Positions 57,529 through 64,000 of a stretch of 64,000 bases of DNA are shown one piece after another (positions within the stretch are counted from its first letter, which is position 1; each line of letters begins with the position of its first letter). The notes under the pieces were generated by a model that was not told the origin of the DNA, did no database searches, and saw nothing but the letters and a program-made list of their open reading frames with translations. Both the position numbers and the translations under genes were made by a program. The stretch covers positions 186,001 to 250,000 of the forward strand of contig BROI01000001.1 in assembly GCA_027923505.1 (NCBI GenBank). The letters are read 5' to 3'. Origin of the DNA: Mayamaea pseudoterrestris (taxonomy: Eukaryota).

Positions 57529-58099
57529 TTAGCACGCTGCAGTCCTGCCTTCCGTCAGCTCGGCAGCAGCAAAAGGTTCCATGTACATGTGACTTTTTGG
57601 TTCGGAGCGCGACACCAGCGCATCTCTCATCTCATCCTCCTGTTCATTGGTGGCGTAACAAGTTGTACTGGTGTTTCGTGGCGACCTATTTCCTCTCGTC
57701 TTTCGTAGCCACTGCATTGGTTCAACATGCGTAACAACAGTACCCTTTGCCCACATTTTGCCATGATGACGACGACGCGTCATGGTAGCGTCTTTCTCCT
57801 TGTCATTTACGTGAGCGCAGCTGCTCAACTCGACCAGCTGCTTCGTCTTTGTCAATTCGTTTTGTAGCTGCCGCACCTGCTTGCGTCGATGAAAGAGTTC
57901 CTTTTTGGTTTGCTTGACCAGTTTCTGGGCTAACACCGTTGACGATTTCGTAGTCAACGTCTTACCTCCAAAAAGCTCCGATACAGGGTCCTTGGCCACG
58001 GTCTGTACAGCTCTTGATGGAGATGGCTCGTCGAATAGTCTTGCGCTCGCCACTACACGAATACGACTGCACTCTCGTCGCAAACTAGTAGTTCTATAT
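57529..58099 (-). CDS. Possible 3' fragment of a host gene interrupted by the Copia insertion
   Basis: Frame is open up to the LTR edge with no 5' ATG; coiled-coil-like KELFHRRKQVRQLQNELTKTKQL. Confidence 0.35.
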
Positions 58100-58325
58100 T
58101 GTGAGCTTATCGCTACATCGCTACATCGACCACTCGGAAGATCATCCGATCAATCCGTTTCTTTCAATCACATTACATCAGTCGTAACTGGTCGTTCCAT
58201 TCATACAACGCATCCACACGACGGTTGCGCACTTTCTTCATTCACATGTCACATACGACAGCTGCGGACTCGACACAAGCTAATTAGGGTTCGGGCTCTT
58301 GACTTCGCCGCTCTGCGACTTGTCA
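58100..58325 (-). repeat. Putative 3' LTR (~226 bp), preceded by PPT GAGGGGAG (58326-58333)
   Basis: Minus strand reads GAGGGGAG|TGACA...TCACA|ATATA; the partner LTR is not in the window, so the distal end is inferred. Confidence 0.7.
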
Positions 58326-61300
58326 CTCCCCTCGGGTACGCTGCTCGTTGTAGCCGCATTCTTGTCCTTCACAATCGCATACGATGTATCGCCGCGCCAA
58401 AACAATACTGGCTTGAGCAATGGCATCGCATCACAGTACGGCAGGTACTTCGTCAGTACGTCCGCAATGTTCTCCTTTCCGTCAATCTTTACAAACTTGA
58501 TAATTCCCGCAGCAACTGCCCAACGAACACGATGGTAGGCCAACGCATTGTGTCGCTTGGACAATGTCGAACTCGGGATTGTAGATTGTGTAATCACTGC
58601 TTGGTTGTCTCCGTACATCCAGGCAGACTTCTCCAATGGTACGCCCATAGCCATGAGCGACGCGCGTAGAGAAATGCTGATATCCGTTCCACTCTTTGCT
58701 ACGCCGAATTCCGATCCGAAGGTCGCAGTCTCGACTGTAGCCTGGAGTTTGCAATGCCAGTCGACAGGCGTCTGGTTGACAAATGACAAAACTCCTTCCA
58801 ATGACTTGCCTGTCACCATGCAATGCATGAGACACGCATCCTCGAAAGTTGATGTTCGTACAGTCACACCCTTTGGCGGTGGGTAGACGTCCAACATCTC
58901 ATCAACTCCGTCCTTCCCGTAAACGCTGCGCTCCCAATCTTGTTCCTCCATGGTGCCGAAGTGCTCCTCGTTGGCTGGCCACTTCGTACGGAAACGGATT
59001 GCTGCGTCCGGTAACTCTCGCAAATATCCACAGACTCGCTTCACCCGCTGCAGGTGTCCCTTGCGCGGCTCCACACGGAATCGCGACAGACTCACAACTG
59101 CTACGGCAATGTCAAATCGACCCAAAGTAATTGCCCACTGAAGTGCTCCGACTAGAGACTGGTAAATCTTCTTCTCTTGGTCGTTCAGTAGCTCGCTTTG
59201 GTCAAGTTCTGGATGATCGTCTTTGTCGATTGGTGATGAGTACTTCTTCGGAGGACCTTCAAACAAACGCTCGTACTGCGCCAAGAGTTTCGCAACGTAG
59301 GTCTTGGCCGACCAGTAAAGAGTTCCGTCAGGGTCTCGTCCAAAGTCACCGCCGAGATGATACTCGGGATGTCCAACACCTTTAAGCTTAAACTTGTACT
59401 TCTCCTCTAGCATCTTGAAGAACGCTGCTGGATCGTCTGAAATATTTAACAGATCGTCGACCCATACACAGAGGTAGTCGTAGCTGTCGCCAGCGTCCTT
59501 GATCCACAGATCGGAATCGCAATAGGACGGCTTCCACCCTTCCGCAAGTAGGGCGTCGGCTAAGCGTTCGTGAAATCGTGCTCCGCTCGTTCGCAATCCG
59601 TACAAAGCCTTGACGATGACCAGGATGTGTCCTTCGCGCTCCCCGAACTCGGGGCCTCCAACGAAGTATACCTTCTCCTTGGTGAACGCTTCGAGATAAG
59701 CATTCCCAATGTCACCGACCATGCACTTCTTGCCGTTCGCTTCTCCAATGACGAGAGCTAGACGCATTGCCTTCAATGAGATAACACTGGAGTAGGCATC
59801 GTTGTTGTCTTTCGTCATGTGGCCGCCTGCAACGAGACGTGCCTTGTATCGCAAATCGTGCTTGACATCGTACACAAAATGGACTCGGATCTTTTGGTAA
59901 CCAGTTGGTGGTGTTGTGGTGGAACTCGGACCAAGATCTTGAAACGTCTCGTACTCGTCCAGGTTCGCAAGCTCCACGCCTTCCGCATCCGTCCACTTCG
60001 TGTGCCCTGCAGCTTCCTGCAAACGCCGCGCTTCCTTCCAATCTCGGGGTACTTGGACTCCAAACTTGTAGCGCGGTCCGTTCTTCTGCTGCTCCATTCG
60101 GGCGGTCGCCACCTTGCGCGCAACCTTCTTGGCGTTCCGGGCCCATCGATTCAACGATGTCCATCCGTCCTTGTCGAGAAGATTATGCTTTTGCGCGTAG
60201 GCTGCCACTGATACTTTGTCGCTTTCGATCATCGCGTTGAGAGGCTCCCAAGTCTTGGATCCATCGTCCCATTGTACAAGGACGTTCCACTTGGAGTGCT
60301 TCCAGTTCTTCGACTTGCTCGTCAGCGGACCCTGATGGTCTAGAATCTCCTTGAAGAACCATTTACGCTCAGGATTCGCCATGTCTTGGTTCACTTCGGC
60401 CTCGTAGAGATCGGAAACCTCGACATACGACATGACTTCGTCCGCTTCGCCGTTACCAAGCTTCAGCATCATTTTAATGTTCTGATGGTTCTGGGCGTCG
60501 CGGTTGTTCAGCTTGCTCATGACGGTCGCTCGAACTTCTTGCCCGTCGTCCGTCTTCATGAGAAACGACTTGCCGATAAGTTCATCGGGTGCATACTTCG
60601 GGAGTTTGCGCCACGGATTGATGTTCTTCTTCTTCGGCTTGTCGTCGTCGTCATCGGCAGGATTCGGATCTTCCTCCCCGTCGGTCATATCGTCGTCTTC
60701 CGGGTATTCCACCGTCTCGACCAAAGGGGTATCGTCTTCGTCAGGAATGAAAGAATCATCGTCTCTGCTGTCGGCGTCGGTAATCTTCTTGATCATTTCC
60801 GGCATAAGGATCTCGCCACCTAGACCAGGTACGGTATAGAGACGCGGCTCCCCTTCTTTCATGACTGGGGAAGCAGGTGCCGGTACGCGAAGGTTCAAAA
60901 ATTTTGGGTCGTTTCGGGGTAAGCAAACCGATCGCGTCATGATCTCGTGTGTCTCGCAATCGCAGATGAAGTACGTCAGGTCGTCTCCGCACGTCGTGTT
61001 GGGACCAAGCCAGTACGCCGCGCGCTGGCGGGTCTTCGGGGCCTCGACATCCTTGACAAAGTAGTTGACAATTTCAAACCAACGAAAATGCAAATACTTC
61101 GACACGTCGGGGACTTGCCCAGTGATAAACTCGATGGGAGACTTGCCGTCCAAGGCAGGATGCGACAAATGACGGTACATCTCGGTCTGAAAGAGTAAAG
61201 CGCGTAGCCAGAAGCATGCCGGAGTGCCCGTTCGGTCCATAAGTCGTTCATGACTTTCCTTTACGTGCCCGATGATGCGCTCGGCTGGGTTTTGATTCTG

Positions 61301-64000
61301 GTAGTACGGCTCCGATGTGTGACGACGGCGAATCATGAACTCGCGCATAACTTCGTCAAACTCGGCACTCATCGCTTCTTTCGCATTATCCGAGAAGACT
61401 TCCAACGGAGCTCCAAACTCGCGGATGAAATCACGGAATCGTTTCGGTACGTCACCTTTCGTCCGCATGGGATACACGACAATGATCTGACTGCGACAAC
61501 CATAGAATAGCTGCACGCATGTGCACCCTGCATGTCCGTCGATGTGATCATCCATGGCTGGTTCGTCGAAGAACATGGTGTCATGGGCCACTCGATCATC
61601 TAGACGGTAGACGTTCAGGAATCGGCTCTTTCGATGCATTCGTGGGGGGTATCGGCGCTCGTGCATGTTGAACTGCGTGCTGTGGCGCAAAGTATCCTTG
61701 ATCGTCTGCGCCGGGTACCATGCAAAGTTTGGCAGCAATGCGTCGATATCAGGTTTCTTTGGCAGGATCGACTTGTAGGGCTGATAGACGAGATCCGCAT
61801 TGTACTTCTGTACAACGGCACAAACATTCAGCTCCTTCTCGGTGTAAACAGGTTGATTGTCGTGTCCGAGATTCGTATAAGTCACGTTGCTCTGACGATG
61901 GGTGCGATTCCGCGTACGCGAGCGTGTCACGCGCGTGAAGCCCTCTTCGTCGTCACTGTCTTCGTCGTCTTCGTCGCGCGACAACAAGTCCGGTACGTCG
62001 TCCTCGTCGTCATCGTCATCCGAAGAGTCATAGTCGTCGTCCTCGGTCGGCTCGACGTCAAACTCGTTCGGATCCCAAGGCCCATCGAAGGTCATCATGA
62101 CCCGAGGTAAGGTGTGAAGCTCATGCGCCGACACTGGAAACATGGGCAAGGTCGCCATGCCACTTTCCATCCCGAGCATAAACTTGTATCCATCTGGCGT
62201 TTCGATTCGTAACTTGCCACCAAAGTTATAATGCTTATCGTTGACATGAAGTCCGAAGGCTTCCATCTGCATACTCGAATGAATCGTCTTGCCGGTTCCA
62301 GAATATGCGTAATTATGGAACTCACCGACGACCCAACCCTTGGTGCTCTTAAGCTTGGCGACTGCTGTGACGGTAGACAGGTCCGGAAGTTTGAGACCAC
62401 CGACTCCAGTGACTTCAATCTTGTGGAACTTGTCCTCGGTAAGGATGCGGCCGTCCGCTCCCCATACTCCGCCACTCGCGCCGCGATCGACAGTCGACGC
62501 TGAATGCTTATCCAAGTCAATGCTCGCGACTTTGTACTTGCGACTCTGAGCGATATTCGCTCCCCGAGTCGTAGTCGTGGGCTGGTCTGGACCTAAGAAA
62601 CTTCGCATCGCTGAGCCACGGCTGGTGTTGTTCACACGCTTGGTCGCCGCACTCGCCGTCGTTGCCGCTGATGAAGTGGCTGCGACGTTTGCGTTGCGTG
62701 TTGTACTCGTCGTCTGCGTGGTGCCTGCCTGTGTTGCTGATGCCGAACCACCTGCAGCACTGGCCGCTCGACTCGTACCACGGCGTTCAAACACTTCATG
62801 TTGCTGGTCGCGGGTAAGGAGTCGCCACGTGTTTGGTGGAATCGTCGCATTCACGTCGCTGGGAATTTCGATCGTCTTCGTGTCGGCATAGCTGCGAACA
62901 TACGAACGAGTATCTCCCCGACCGCGGCCGCCGCCGCCGCCTCGTCCCGTGCTCAAGTCGCCGCGACCACCACCCCCCTGATTGGACTGCTGATTGTTGC
63001 TGCTACTTGGCGTAGACTGGGAATTGTTCGCGCTTGCCTTCTTCGTCTTCTCCTTCTCTTTCTTGGTCTGCTCAGATTGGTTCGCCTGACGCTTCTCGGT
63101 CTCCTTGATGCCACGACGATTGTCAGATTGACGTGCGACGTCGTTCAGGAGGTTCCAAAACTGGGTGTACGCCATCGGGTTGCCGGTCTTGGACTCTTCG
63201 ATCAGCGCCATGTTCACCGCCGCTGCCATATCCGCATGGCGGAAAACCGCGCGTTCCAAAATCTGACGCTTCGTGCTTGCTGTAAGTAGCTCGGTTTCCT
63301 CGGCGTAGTCATTGTAGTTCTCTTCCTTGCTGGACCACTGGATAAGCCAATTGACGAGAGACTTGGCGTAACCCGCGTCGAGGGTGAAATTGCGCCATTC
63401 GTCTTCGGCCGAACGTAGATCCAACTTGCGCGCCATCCCATCGAGGAATGTCGCCTCCAACTCTGCAATGCACGCTGAGGCATTCGCGCTGTCGATGTGC
63501 TTGCGGACAATGAGCTTGCTCTGCGGTGTCTTGCAGGTATACTCGAGCGCCGCTAAAAGCTTCGAACACTGATACTGATACTCGGCGAATTCGGGCTCGA
63601 GTGCAGCTGGTGCCTTGAACTCGTCGTCCCAAAAGTAGCCAAGTCGCTCGCTTCGCATGCGGTTCTTGAAGGCCCGCCAGTAGGAGCAGAACTTGCGATC
63701 GTTCTTGAGCTCCAGCATGGTCTTCAGATCCAGCTTGATGTCGTGTCGCTTCGTCGTGGTGTCGTTGCCTCCGATAACGCTGAAGTCTCCGAAACTGCGG
63801 TTGCCTGCGGTCGGTGACCCCGGTGCTACTGGGAGGTCTCGGCTCGTAATCTGGTCTTTCTCCAAGTCTTGCCATTGCGCAGTCGTCCGACGTTGCTCGT
63901 GAATCCAACTCATGAGCTTGCGCAATCGGCTTGTTCGTATCGTCGACCACTGGTACTGGTTCTTAATGTTCGTCACGTCTTGTTCCGACAACTCGGCCAT
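58280..64000 (-). CDS. Copia gag-pol polyprotein (at least 1906 aa, uninterrupted)
   Basis: PR DRGA; IN HDT..SDNAKE..PYYQNQNPAE; chromo-like VLVQWDDGSKTWEP; RT KARLVAGG, GDIGNAYL, WVDD; RH EDA, TATFGSEF, GDNQAV, NIADVLTK. Confidence 0.96.
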   Translation of the reverse strand: MAELSEQDVTNIKNQYQWSTIRTSRLRKLMSWIHEQRRTTAQWQDLEKDQITSRDLPVAPGSPTAGNRSFGDFSVIGGNDTTTKRHDIKLDLKTMLELKNDRKFCSYWRAFKNRMRSERLGYFWDDEFKAPAALEPEFAEYQYQCSKLLAALEYTCKTPQSKLIVRKHIDSANASACIAELEATFLDGMARKLDLRSAEDEWRNFTLDAGYAKSLVNWLIQWSSKEENYNDYAEETELLTASTKRQILERAVFRHADMAAAVNMALIEESKTGNPMAYTQFWNLLNDVARQSDNRRGIKETEKRQANQSEQTKKEKEKTKKASANNSQSTPSSSNNQQSNQGGGGRGDLSTGRGGGGGRGRGDTRSYVRSYADTKTIEIPSDVNATIPPNTWRLLTRDQQHEVFERRGTSRAASAAGGSASATQAGTTQTTSTTRNANVAATSSAATTASAATKRVNNTSRGSAMRSFLGPDQPTTTTRGANIAQSRKYKVASIDLDKHSASTVDRGASGGVWGADGRILTEDKFHKIEVTGVGGLKLPDLSTVTAVAKLKSTKGWVVGEFHNYAYSGTGKTIHSSMQMEAFGLHVNDKHYNFGGKLRIETPDGYKFMLGMESGMATLPMFPVSAHELHTLPRVMMTFDGPWDPNEFDVEPTEDDDYDSSDDDDDEDDVPDLLSRDEDDEDSDDEEGFTRVTRSRTRNRTHRQSNVTYTNLGHDNQPVYTEKELNVCAVVQKYNADLVYQPYKSILPKKPDIDALLPNFAWYPAQTIKDTLRHSTQFNMHERRYPPRMHRKSRFLNVYRLDDRVAHDTMFFDEPAMDDHIDGHAGCTCVQLFYGCRSQIIVVYPMRTKGDVPKRFRDFIREFGAPLEVFSDNAKEAMSAEFDEVMREFMIRRRHTSEPYYQNQNPAERIIGHVKESHERLMDRTGTPACFWLRALLFQTEMYRHLSHPALDGKSPIEFITGQVPDVSKYLHFRWFEIVNYFVKDVEAPKTRQRAAYWLGPNTTCGDDLTYFICDCETHEIMTRSVCLPRNDPKFLNLRVPAPASPVMKEGEPRLYTVPGLGGEILMPEMIKKITDADSRDDDSFIPDEDDTPLVETVEYPEDDDMTDGEEDPNPADDDDDKPKKKNINPWRKLPKYAPDELIGKSFLMKTDDGQEVRATVMSKLNNRDAQNHQNIKMMLKLGNGEADEVMSYVEVSDLYEAEVNQDMANPERKWFFKEILDHQGPLTSKSKNWKHSKWNVLVQWDDGSKTWEPLNAMIESDKVSVAAYAQKHNLLDKDGWTSLNRWARNAKKVARKVATARMEQQKNGPRYKFGVQVPRDWKEARRLQEAAGHTKWTDAEGVELANLDEYETFQDLGPSSTTTPPTGYQKIRVHFVYDVKHDLRYKARLVAGGHMTKDNNDAYSSVISLKAMRLALVIGEANGKKCMVGDIGNAYLEAFTKEKVYFVGGPEFGEREGHILVIVKALYGLRTSGARFHERLADALLAEGWKPSYCDSDLWIKDAGDSYDYLCVWVDDLLNISDDPAAFFKMLEEKYKFKLKGVGHPEYHLGGDFGRDPDGTLYWSAKTYVAKLLAQYERLFEGPPKKYSSPIDKDDHPELDQSELLNDQEKKIYQSLVGALQWAITLGRFDIAVAVVSLSRFRVEPRKGHLQRVKRVCGYLRELPDAAIRFRTKWPANEEHFGTMEEQDWERSVYGKDGVDEMLDVYPPPKGVTVRTSTFEDACLMHCMVTGKSLEGVLSFVNQTPVDWHCKLQATVETATFGSEFGVAKSGTDISISLRASLMAMGVPLEKSAWMYGDNQAVITQSTIPSSTLSKRHNALAYHRVRWAVAAGIIKFVKIDGKENIADVLTKYLPYCDAMPLLKPVLFWRGDTSYAIVKDKNAATTSSVPEGSDKSQSGEVKSPNPN

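Larger units (their letters stand above)
58100..64000 (-). mobile_element. Ty1/Copia LTR retrotransposon (CoDi-like); 5' part lies outside the window
   Basis: Domain order GAG-PR-IN-RT-RH, followed by a PPT and a TG..CA-bounded LTR candidate. Confidence 0.95.

Noticed and set aside
57905..58669. 254-aa plus-strand ORF spanning the LTR
   Set aside because: Non-ATG start, antisense to pol, crosses the element boundary, no motif

Overview
Gene-dense eukaryotic DNA with short GT-AG introns, bipartite-looking targeting peptides and a CoDi-type Copia element. It is most consistent with a pennate diatom nuclear genome (inference). About 23 host genes are present, including organellar SerRS, a VIT1/CCC1 transporter, UBC12, PX-SYLF, IMPACT-like, ShK-P4H, a Cu P1B-ATPase, RRP5, an SLC35A transporter, two sulfotransferase-like genes, HIT, BTB and DJ-1/PfpI. 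There are two retroelements. The first is a complete, young tyrosine-recombinase retrotransposon (26277-35078) with split direct repeats A1-[ORF1, ORF2, RT/RH, YR]-B1-A2-B2, i.e. Ngaro/PAT-like architecture. The second is a Ty1/Copia element (58100 to beyond 64000). Notable features of the YR element: ORF2 and RT/RH are separated by a single in-frame TGA-C; its B repeat is densely self-complementary; and a perfect hairpin ends exactly at the base before A at both the internal B/A junction and the left flank. Also notable: four adjacent genes at 0.5-7.6 kb share a W-x-K-P-x-W...L(R/K)xT..G motif.
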